Assembly (NCBI GenBank): GCA_947631085.1
Contig: CANRJY010000005.1
Span: 25,976-89,975 of the forward strand
Direction: 5' to 3'
From: an uncultured Clostridia bacterium
GTDB taxonomy: Bacteria > Bacillota > Clostridia > UBA1381
Length of the DNA stretch: 64,000 bases
Part shown: in pieces, positions 1-6,825 of the stretch
Layout of the letters: each line of letters starts with the position of its first letter
Position numbering within the stretch: position 1 is the first letter of the stretch
Made by a program: the position numbers and the translations under genes
Notes under the pieces: model-generated
What the model was told of the DNA's origin: nothing
What the model saw: the letters and a program-made list of their open reading frames with translations, nothing else
Database searches by the model: none

Positions 1-1
1 C

Positions 2-673
2 GCGCGGGGGACACAAAATATCGCGAAGGGCGCGGCTATGACGAGAGAGGACGCAAAAAAAGCCGTTGAGACGGGTATTGAGCTTGTGCGGGAATTAAAG
101 GAAAAGGGATATAAAATCATAGTCACCGGCGAGATGGGAATAGGAAATACCACGACGAGTGCGGCTGTTTCGAGCGTGCTGCTCGGAGTGGAGCCGGAGG
201 CTGTAACGGGGCGCGGAGCGGGACTTTCCGAAAGCGGGTTGAAGCGTAAAATCGAGGTCATAAAGCGCGCGATCGAGGTAAATAAACCCGATAGAAACGA
301 CGTTATTGACGTAATTTCTAAGGTGGGCGGCTTCGATATTGCGGGACTTGCGGGAGTGTTTTTGGGCGGCGCGGTTTACCGTGTGCCTGTTGTGATTGAC
401 GGATTTATCAGCGCGGCGGCGGCTCTTTGCGCGGCGCGGCTGTGCGGAAAATGCGTCGATTTTATGATCGCGTCCCACGTTTCGGACGAGCCCGCGGCGG
501 AAATGATACTTGCCGAACTCGGGAAAAAAGCGGTGATACGCGCGGGAATGAGGCTCGGCGAGGGTACGGGCGGAGTTATGCTTCTGCCGCTTTTGGACAT
601 GGCGTTCGCGGTGTACGGCGAAATGGCGACGTTTGAGGAAACGGAAATAGAGGCGTATAAGGAGTTGAAGTGA
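2..673 (+). CDS. cobT: nicotinate-nucleotide--dimethylbenzimidazole phosphoribosyltransferase (CobT), 3' part; 5' end lies left of the window
   Basis: Frame of ORF 38..673 stays open to the window edge. GEMGIGNTT and LGEGTG motifs are typical of CobT. First gene of the cob operon. Confidence 0.85.
   Translation, partial: ARGTQNIAKGAAMTREDAKKAVETGIELVRELKEKGYKIIVTGEMGIGNTTTSAAVSSVLLGVEPEAVTGRGAGLSESGLKRKIEVIKRAIEVNKPDRNDVIDVISKVGGFDIAGLAGVFLGGAVYRVPVVIDGFISAAAALCAARLCGKCVDFMIASHVSDEPAAEMILAELGKKAVIRAGMRLGEGTGGVMLLPLLDMAFAVYGEMATFEETEIEAYKELK
7..18 (+). repeat. possible degenerate copy GGGGACACAAAA of the GGGGACACTAAA word (11/12)
   Basis: Read directly. It encodes RGTQN in a conserved CobT stretch, so it may be coincidental. 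Confidence 0.3.
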
Positions 674-1176
674 TGTTGGTTCTGGTTATCGGCGGGAGCG
701 GGAGCGGAAAGTCGGAGACGGCTGAAAATATCGCGGTCGGGTTCGGCGGAAAACGTACATATATAGCCGCGATGGAGCCGTTTTCTGATGAGGCGAAGGC
801 GAGAATCGAGCGTCACAGAGCGGCGCGGAGAGGAAAGGGCTTTGAAACCGTCGAGAGGTATACCGATGTTAAGGGGTTGAATATAAGCGGCACGGCGATT
901 TTGGAGTGCTTGTCAAATCTTTTGGCGAACGAAATGTTTTCGGCGGGCGGCGTGGGAGAAAAGGCGGTAGACGCGGTTTTGGGCGGAATTGAGCATCTTG
1001 CGCGGACGTGCGATAACCTTGTGATAGTGACAAATGAAATTTTTTCGGGGGACACTAAATATTTGGGGGACACTAAAGAGTATATGAAAAATCTTGGATA
1101 TATAAATTGCCGTATCGCGGAAAGAGCGGACGCGGTTTATGAAGTGACGTGCGGAATTGCGGAAAGGATAAAGTGA
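670..1176 (+). CDS. cobU: adenosylcobinamide kinase / adenosylcobinamide-phosphate guanylyltransferase
   Basis: P-loop GGSGSGKS, RIERHRAAR His region, C-terminal AERAD..V..G motif. GTG 670 overlaps the cobT stop (alternative ATG at 673). AAGGAG RBS at 658. Confidence 0.85.
   Translation: MMLVLVIGGSGSGKSETAENIAVGFGGKRTYIAAMEPFSDEAKARIERHRAARRGKGFETVERYTDVKGLNISGTAILECLSNLLANEMFSAGGVGEKAVDAVLGGIEHLARTCDNLVIVTNEIFSGDTKYLGDTKEYMKNLGYINCRIAERADAVYEVTCGIAERIK
1048..1059 (+). repeat. GGGGACACTAAA exact copy (sense, in cobU, read as GDTK)
   Basis: Read directly. Preceded by a fifth G. Confidence 0.95.
1066..1077 (+). repeat. GGGGACACTAAA exact copy (sense, in cobU, read as GDTK)
   Basis: Read directly. 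Lies 18 nt after the previous copy and is preceded by a fifth G. Confidence 0.95.
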
Positions 1177-1177
1177 A

Positions 1178-1945
1178 ATGAAGATATTGAAATCGTTTAT
1201 CACCGCGTTTTCGATGTATTCGAAAATCCCGATGCCGCGCGTTGAGTGGAGCGGGGACAATATGAAGTATTCGCTGTGCTTTTTTCCGCTTGTGGGAGCG
1301 GTGATCGGGGCGCTGTTTTTGCTTTGGACATGGATCTGCGTGCGGCTTGATATAGGAGGTATCTGCTTTGCGGCTGTTGCGGCGGCGCTGCCGGTTTTTG
1401 TTAGCGGCGGTATTCATTTTGACGGATTTATGGATGTGAGCGACGCGCTCGGCTCGTATGGGGACACTAAAAAGAAGCTCGAAATAATGAAGGATCCCCA
1501 TGTCGGCGCGTTCGCGGTTATCGGCGCGATCGTTTATTTCGCGCTGTATTTCGCGCTTTTTACGGAGGTTGATACGGCTGCCGAAATTGCGGCGGCAGCG
1601 TGTTCTTATCCGCTTTCGCGGACTTTGAGCGCGATAACCGTAAGCTGTTTTAAGTGCGCGAAAAAGGATGGATTATTGTTTGAGTTTTCGTCGCGGGCGC
1701 ATATCGCGGCGGTGAGGACCATGTCGGTGATTTACATCATGCTTATCGGCGCGGCGGTGATTTTTGCGTGGTCATGCGCGGCGTGGCTCGTTATCGGCGC
1801 GGCGGCGGTTGTGATGATAATTATTTATTATTTTATGACGAGGAAAAATTTCGGCGGCATTACGGGCGACACTGCGGGCTGGTTCGTGCAGGTGTGCGAG
1901 CTTGTGTTTTTGACCGTGGTCGCCGTTTTGGGGCGTTTTATATAG
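1178..1945 (+). CDS. cobS: adenosylcobinamide-GDP ribazoletransferase (cobalamin synthase)
   Basis: Polytopic membrane protein with DGFMDVSDALG and LEIMKD motifs. The ATG is 1 nt after the cobU stop. Confidence 0.85.
   Translation: MKILKSFITAFSMYSKIPMPRVEWSGDNMKYSLCFFPLVGAVIGALFLLWTWICVRLDIGGICFAAVAAALPVFVSGGIHFDGFMDVSDALGSYGDTKKKLEIMKDPHVGAFAVIGAIVYFALYFALFTEVDTAAEIAAAACSYPLSRTLSAITVSCFKCAKKDGLLFEFSSRAHIAAVRTMSVIYIMLIGAAVIFAWSCAAWLVIGAAAVVMIIIYYFMTRKNFGGITGDTAGWFVQVCELVFLTVVAVLGRFI
1460..1471 (+). repeat. GGGGACACTAAA exact copy (sense, in cobS, read as GDTK)
   Basis: Read directly. Confidence 0.95.
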
Positions 1946-1957
1946 AAAGGGAAAAAT

Positions 1958-2329
1958 ATGATTTTTATTGTGGGCGGCGCGTTTTCGGGAAAGAGAGATT
2001 ATGCGGAAAAATGCTTTGGCGCGGCGGATTTCGCATCGGGAGACGAGCCGTTTGACAGGCTCTGCAAGGCGGACGCGGTGTATGATTTTCAGCTTTTCGC
2101 GGAGAAGTGCATGGAAAATGGACTTGATGCGTTCTCGGAAACGGAGCGGCTGATAGAAAAAAATCCGAGCGTTATAATAATCGCGGACGAAATCGGCTGC
2201 GGCGTTGTTCCTGTTGAAAAATCGGACAGGGATCTGCGCGAGCTTTGCGGCAGGCTTAACTGTATGCTTGCGGAAAGGGCGGATAAGGTCGTGCGCGTCG
2301 TCTGCGGGATAGGCAGGGTGATGAAATGA
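1958..2329 (+). CDS. short CobU-like paralog (123 aa, degenerate P-loop)
   Basis: Its C-terminal half aligns residue for residue with cobU at 670..1176 (ADEIGCGVVP...AERADKVVRVVCG). Walker A reads GGAFSGKR. The His-containing middle region is missing. Confidence 0.6.
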   Translation: MIFIVGGAFSGKRDYAEKCFGAADFASGDEPFDRLCKADAVYDFQLFAEKCMENGLDAFSETERLIEKNPSVIIIADEIGCGVVPVEKSDRDLRELCGRLNCMLAERADKVVRVVCGIGRVMK

Positions 2330-2853
2330 TCGCGCTGATACGGCACGGCAGGACGGCGGGAAATTTGATGAAAAAATACATAGGAGTGACCGACGAGGAT
2401 CTGTACGACGCGCGCGGGCTTGAACGCGATTATCCCGTAGCCGATATTGTTGTGACAAGTCCGTTGAAGCGCTGCGTTCGGACGGCTGAGATTATTTATC
2501 CCGACGCGGAAAAAATTGTTATCGACGATTTGCGCGAGTACGATTTCGGGCGGTTCGAGGGGAAAACATTCGAGGAAGCCGTGAGCGACGCGGAATACAA
2601 AAAATGGCTTGAGAGCGGCGGAAACGAGCCTTTTCCAGGAGGGGAAGATCACGGGGATTTCAAGCTCCGAAGCGTCAGGGCTTTCATAGAGGCGGCTGAA
2701 AAATATAAGGATCGCGATATCGCGTTTGTCGTTCACGGCGGCACGATCATGGCTGTGATGCAGTCGCTGTTCGGCGGCGGATTTTATGATTATATGGTTG
2801 AAAACGGCGGCGGATATATTATTGAAGGAAATAGCTTCAGAGAAATAAACTGA
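2326..2853 (+). CDS. cobC: alpha-ribazole phosphatase (histidine phosphatase family)
   Basis: RHGRT motif at the N-terminus and a VVHGG motif. ATGA overlap with the upstream gene. Lies in cob operon context. Confidence 0.75.
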   Translation: MIALIRHGRTAGNLMKKYIGVTDEDLYDARGLERDYPVADIVVTSPLKRCVRTAEIIYPDAEKIVIDDLREYDFGRFEGKTFEEAVSDAEYKKWLESGGNEPFPGGEDHGDFKLRSVRAFIEAAEKYKDRDIAFVVHGGTIMAVMQSLFGGGFYDYMVENGGGYIIEGNSFREIN

Positions 2854-2856
2854 ACG

Positions 2857-2868
2857 GGGGACACTAAA
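2857..2868 (+). repeat. GGGGACACTAAA exact copy at the cobC/cbiB junction
   Basis: Read directly. Starts 4 nt after the cobC TGA. Its last A is the A of the cbiB ATG. Confidence 0.95.
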
Positions 2869-3845
2869 TGCTGAGGTATACGTTTATCGCGGTTGTATTG
2901 GGATTTATGGTCGATTTTGTGGTCGGCGATCCTCATTCGTTTCCCCACCCCGTTCGGCTTATCGGAAGGATGATAACCGTGTTCGAAAAATTGACGCGGC
3001 GCGCTTTTGGGGACACTAAAATTGGACAGCTTATAGGCGGTGCGGTTTTGTGGATCATAGTCTGCGCGCTGTCGTTTTGCGTTCCGTTCGCTGTCGTTTT
3101 TGCGGCGTACAGGCTAAATAAATGGCTGTATATCGCGGTTTCGGCAGTCATGAGCTGGCAATGCACAGCGGCGCGGCAGCTTATGCGGGAGAGTATGGCG
3201 GTGAAAAAGGCGCTTGAAACGGGCGGGATCGGCGCGGCGAGGAAAGCTGTTTCTATGATCGTCGGGCGCGATACGGACGCTCTTGACGAGGACGACATTA
3301 TACGCGCGGCGGTCGAGACGGTGGCGGAAAACGCGTCGGACGGAGTTATCGCGCCGCTTTTTTATCTGATGCTCGGCGGAGCGCCGCTCGGGTTTTTGTA
3401 TAAGGCGGTAAATACGATGGATTCGATGCTCGGCTATAAAAATGAAAGATACATATTTTTCGGTCGGTTCGCGGCGCGGGCGGACGACGTTTTTAACTTT
3501 ATTCCTTCGCGTATTTCGGCGGTATTTTTGCTTTTTGCCGCGTTTATTTTGCGGCTCGATTTCAAAAACACGCTGAAAATTTACAAAAGGGACAGGAAAA
3601 ATCATTCGAGCCCGAACGCGGCTCAGACCGAGTCCGTATGCGCGGGGGCGCTTGGGGTCAGGCTCGCGGGAGACGCGTATTATTTTGGCAAGCTATATAA
3701 AAAACCGACAATCGGGGACAGTAAAAGGGAAATAAATTCGGGGGACATAAAAACCGCGAATATTATGATGTATACCGCGGCTTTCGCGTTTTTAGCGGTG
3801 TGGGCGGCGGTTATTTCGGCTTTGGGAGGATTGGGATATGTATAA
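2868..3845 (+). CDS. cbiB: adenosylcobinamide-phosphate synthase
   Basis: Membrane protein with HPVRLIG, IVGRDT and NASDGVIAPLF motifs typical of CbiB/CobD. Confidence 0.85.
   Translation: MLRYTFIAVVLGFMVDFVVGDPHSFPHPVRLIGRMITVFEKLTRRAFGDTKIGQLIGGAVLWIIVCALSFCVPFAVVFAAYRLNKWLYIAVSAVMSWQCTAARQLMRESMAVKKALETGGIGAARKAVSMIVGRDTDALDEDDIIRAAVETVAENASDGVIAPLFYLMLGGAPLGFLYKAVNTMDSMLGYKNERYIFFGRFAARADDVFNFIPSRISAVFLLFAAFILRLDFKNTLKIYKRDRKNHSSPNAAQTESVCAGALGVRLAGDAYYFGKLYKKPTIGDSKREINSGDIKTANIMMYTAAFAFLAVWAAVISALGGLGYV
3009..3020 (+). repeat. GGGGACACTAAA exact copy (sense, in cbiB, read as GDTK)
   Basis: Read directly. Shares the 18-mer TTGGGGACACTAAAATTG with the copy at 6891. Confidence 0.95.
3714..3725 (+). 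repeat. variant copy GGGGACAGTAAA (sense, in cbiB, read as GDSK)
   Basis: Read directly. Same variant as at 4468. Confidence 0.7.
3741..3752 (+). repeat. variant copy GGGGACATAAAA (sense, in cbiB, read as GDIK)
   Basis: Read directly. Lies 27 nt after the 3714 copy. Confidence 0.5.
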
Positions 3846-4839
3846 TCACGGCGGCGATATTTACAGAAACCGCGTAAAAATCGACTTTTCGGCGAATATA
3901 AATCCGTTCGGGCTTCCCGAAACGGTCAGGATGGCGCTGTCGGAAAATATTGAGAGCTTCGGCGTTTATCCCGACCCGAAATGCGAAAGACTGCGCCGTG
4001 CCATAGCGGAGCGCGAGGGCGTTGAAATCGACAATGTTTTGTGCGGCAACGGCGCGTCGGAGCTTATTTTCAATACGGTACGCGCGGTAATGCCGAAGCG
4101 CGCGCTGTTGATCACTCCGACGTTTTCCGAATACGAGCGCGCTCTGAAAAGCGTCGGCTGCGAGATAAAATATCATACTCTTTCGGAGGAAAATAATTTT
4201 AATCTGACCGAACGGATCTTGCGGGAGCTTGACGGAGCGGACATGATTTTTCTGTGCAACCCGAACAACCCCGTCGGGAATATAATTGATGAGGCGCTGA
4301 TGGATCAAATACTTCGTGAATGTGAAAAACGGGGTATTTTCGCGGTAATCGACGAATGCTTTATGGATCTTGTTTCCGACGGGTATTCAGCGAAGGGAAG
4401 GACAGCGGTTATTAAGGCGTTTACGAAAACATACGCTCTCGCGGGGCTTCGGCTGGGATATATGATTGGGGACAGTAAAACTCTCAAGAGAATAGATTTA
4501 GTGTCCCCGTGCTGGAACGTAAGCGCGGCGGCTGAGATCGCGGGGCTCGCGGCTTTGAGTGATACGGAATATCTTGAAAAAACAAAAAAATATATCGAAA
4601 AGGAGCGCGGATTTTTGATCGACGCTCTGCGGGGGCTCGGTATAAAAACATTCAATTCGCGCGCGAATTTTATTTTGTTTAAAACCGAAAAAAATATATA
4701 CGCGCCGCTTCTTGAAAAGGGGCTGCTCGTGCGCAAATGCGGAAATTTTCGGGGGCTTGGCGGCTTGTTTTACAGAATCGCGGTGCGTTTGCATGAGGAA
4801 AATACCGTGCTTTTAAGCGCGCTGAAGGGGTGTTTGTGA
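3838..4839 (+). CDS. cobD: threonine-phosphate decarboxylase (class I/II aminotransferase fold)
   Basis: HGGD N-terminus, NPNNP motif and the [13 protein letters not shown] lysine region. Overlaps the cbiB stop by 8 nt. Confidence 0.8.
   Translation: MYNHGGDIYRNRVKIDFSANINPFGLPETVRMALSENIESFGVYPDPKCERLRRAIAEREGVEIDNVLCGNGASELIFNTVRAVMPKRALLITPTFSEYERALKSVGCEIKYHTLSEENNFNLTERILRELDGADMIFLCNPNNPVGNIIDEALMDQILRECEKRGIFAVIDECFMDLVSDGYSAKGRTAVIKAFTKTYALAGLRLGYMIGDSKTLKRIDLVSPCWNVSAAAEIAGLAALSDTEYLEKTKKYIEKERGFLIDALRGLGIKTFNSRANFILFKTEKNIYAPLLEKGLLVRKCGNFRGLGGLFYRIAVRLHEENTVLLSALKGCL
4468..4479 (+). repeat. variant copy GGGGACAGTAAA (sense, in cobD, read as GDSK)
   Basis: Read directly. Left arm of an inverted pair with 4497..4508. 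Confidence 0.8.
4497..4508 (-). repeat. GGGGACACTAAA exact copy in reverse complement (TTTAGTGTCCCC, in cobD, read as LVSP)
   Basis: Read directly. Right arm of the inverted pair, with a 17-nt spacer. Confidence 0.95.
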
Positions 4840-6317
4840 TGGCGAAGGCGATAATGGTTCAAGGCACTATGTCGAACGCGGGAAAAAGCGTTATCGCGGC
4901 GGCGCTGTGCCGTATTTTAAGACAGGACGGGTACAAAGCCGCGCCGTTCAAATCGCAGAATATGGCGCTCAATTCCTATATAACGGACGACGGGCTCGAA
5001 ATCGGGCGTGCGCAGGCGATGCAGGCTGAGGCGGCGGGAATAAAGCCGTCGGCGCTGATGAACCCGATTTTACTGAAGCCCACAAGCGAGCGCGGTTCGC
5101 AGGTCATAGTAAACGGCGAGGTGCGCGCGGACATGAGCGCAGCGGATTATTTCAAATACAAATCGACGCTGATACCCGAAATAAAGGCGGCGTACGAAAA
5201 GCTCGGCGCGGAATACGACGTGATCGTTATCGAGGGCGCGGGCAGTCCGGCGGAAATTAATTTGAAGGAAAACGACATAGTCAATATGGGCATGGCTGAA
5301 ATGGCGGATTGTCCCGTTCTGCTCGTGGGCGACATAGACCGAGGCGGCGTGTTCGCGCAGCTTTACGGCACGGTCGAGCTGCTTGAGCCTGACGAAAGGG
5401 CGCGCGTCAAGGGGCTTATTATAAATAAATTCCGAGGCGATGTTGAAATTTTAAAGCCGGGGCTGATTATGCTTGAGGATCTGACGAATATTGATGTGAT
5501 CGGCGTTGTGCCGTACGCTGATTTGCGGCTCGACGACGAGGACAGCCTGTCGGAGCGGCTCGGCGTGAAAAACGCGGGGGCGGTCGATATAGCTGTGATA
5601 CGCCTTCCGCGCATATCGAATTTTACCGATTTTAACGCGTTCGAGCCTGTTGAGGGAGTGTCGGTCAGGTATGTGAAATCAGCGTTGGAGCTTGGCGAAC
5701 CCGACATGATAATCATTCCCGGAACGAAAAATACGATCGCGGATCTGCTTTGGATGCGCGGGAACGGGCTTGAAGCGGCGGTTGTGAAGCGCGCGCGCAA
5801 GGAGACGGTAATTTTCGGCGTTTGCGGCGGTTATCAGATGCTCGGGGAAACCATAATTGACGAAAACGGCGCGGAATACGGTGGCAGAGTTCGCGGGATG
5901 GGCTTGCTTCCGAGCGATACCGTGTTTGAAACGGAGAAAAAAAGAACGCGGGTAACGGGGAAATTCGAAAACGTATCGGGGACACTAAAACCTCTTTCGG
6001 GCAAAACGTTTTCGGGATATGAAATACATATGGGTCGGACAAACTTTAGTGTCCCCGCGATGTGCGCCTTTTCGGACGGCGGCACGGACGGAGTATGCTC
6101 GGGAAATGTTTACGGCACTTATGTTCACGGGATTTTCGACGAATGCGCCGCCGATATCGTGCGGTGTCTCGCGGAGAAAAAGGGCTTGAACACGGACGAT
6201 ATACGCGATATTGATATGAGGGAATTTAAGGAAAAGGAATACGACAGGCTCGCGGATATTGTGCGCGCGAGCATTGACATGGAAAAAATATACGAAATTA
6301 TCGGATTGGGGGATTAA
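4839..6317 (+). CDS. cobQ: cobyric acid synthase
   Basis: MVQGT.SNAGKS N-terminus. GATase domain with [17 protein letters not shown] and YVHGIFD. ATG 4839 overlaps the cobD TGA (the ORF track starts at GTG 4830). Confidence 0.9.
   Translation: MAKAIMVQGTMSNAGKSVIAAALCRILRQDGYKAAPFKSQNMALNSYITDDGLEIGRAQAMQAEAAGIKPSALMNPILLKPTSERGSQVIVNGEVRADMSAADYFKYKSTLIPEIKAAYEKLGAEYDVIVIEGAGSPAEINLKENDIVNMGMAEMADCPVLLVGDIDRGGVFAQLYGTVELLEPDERARVKGLIINKFRGDVEILKPGLIMLEDLTNIDVIGVVPYADLRLDDEDSLSERLGVKNAGAVDIAVIRLPRISNFTDFNAFEPVEGVSVRYVKSALELGEPDMIIIPGTKNTIADLLWMRGNGLEAAVVKRARKETVIFGVCGGYQMLGETIIDENGAEYGGRVRGMGLLPSDTVFETEKKRTRVTGKFENVSGTLKPLSGKTFSGYEIHMGRTNFSVPAMCAFSDGGTDGVCSGNVYGTYVHGIFDECAADIVRCLAEKKGLNTDDIRDIDMREFKEKEYDRLADIVRASIDMEKIYEIIGLGD
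5978..5989 (+). repeat. GGGGACACTAAA exact copy (sense, in cobQ, read as GTLK)
   Basis: Read directly. Left arm of a perfect inverted pair. Confidence 0.95.
6045..6056 (-). repeat. GGGGACACTAAA exact copy in reverse complement (TTTAGTGTCCCC, in cobQ, read as FSVP)
   Basis: Read directly. Right arm of the perfect inverted pair, with a 55-nt spacer. Confidence 0.95.
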
Positions 6318-6318
6318 A

Positions 6319-6825
6319 ATGCTTCATATTTACTGCGGCGGCGGCAAGGGAAAAACGACAGCCGCTATGGGGCTTGTCGCGCGTATGGCGGGAAACGGCG
6401 GGCGCGTGCTTATCGTGCAGTTTTTAAAAGGCTCTCCGAGCGGCGAGATCACGTTTTTTGAGGAAGCGAAAAATATAAAAATTCTCCGCTGTGACAAAAA
6501 TTACGGCTTCACGTTTCAAATGAGCGAAAACGACAAAGCCGAGATCACGCGCTGTCATAATCGGAATTTGGAATACGCGCTCGATAACGCGGGCGTGTAC
6601 GATTTAATAATTCTCGACGAAATTTTCGCGGCTTTAAACGGCGGGCTCGTTGACGAGGGGACACTAAAAGAACTGATTGGTAATGCGAAGGATACGGAAA
6701 TTGTCATGACGGGCAGAGATCCCCATAAATACTATACGGATATAGCCGATTACATATCGGAAATCAGGAAAATAAAGCACCCGTTTGACGGCGGAGTGAG
6801 CGCGAGAAGGGGGATAGAGTTTTGA
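6319..6825 (+). CDS. cobO: cob(I)yrinic acid a,c-diamide adenosyltransferase (CobA/CobO/BtuR type)
   Basis: GGGKGKTTAA P-loop, LDE and TGR motifs. I chose the internal ATG 6319, 2 nt after the cobQ stop, over the track start at 6259. Confidence 0.85.
   Translation: MLHIYCGGGKGKTTAAMGLVARMAGNGGRVLIVQFLKGSPSGEITFFEEAKNIKILRCDKNYGFTFQMSENDKAEITRCHNRNLEYALDNAGVYDLIILDEIFAALNGGLVDEGTLKELIGNAKDTEIVMTGRDPHKYYTDIADYISEIRKIKHPFDGGVSARRGIEF
6657..6668 (+). repeat. GGGGACACTAAA exact copy (sense, in cobO, read as GTLK)
   Basis: Read directly. Confidence 0.95.

Noticed and set aside
7-18. GGGGACACAAAA at the window edge counted as a genuine motif copy.
   Set aside because: It is only an 11/12 match, and about 0.3 such matches are expected by chance in the window. 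It encodes RGTQN in a conserved stretch of CobT. I kept it only as a low-confidence feature.
5978-6056. The inverted motif pairs (here and at 4468..4508) as miniature transposable elements inserted in frame, in the manner of Rickettsia palindromic elements or MITEs.
   Set aside because: The enclosed sequence encodes the conserved CobQ GYEIHMG motif (and, in cobD, normal family sequence). The units are 79 and 41 nt, which are not multiples of 3. The proteins show no extra length relative to what these families look like. The arms are therefore substitutions in native coding sequence, not insertions.
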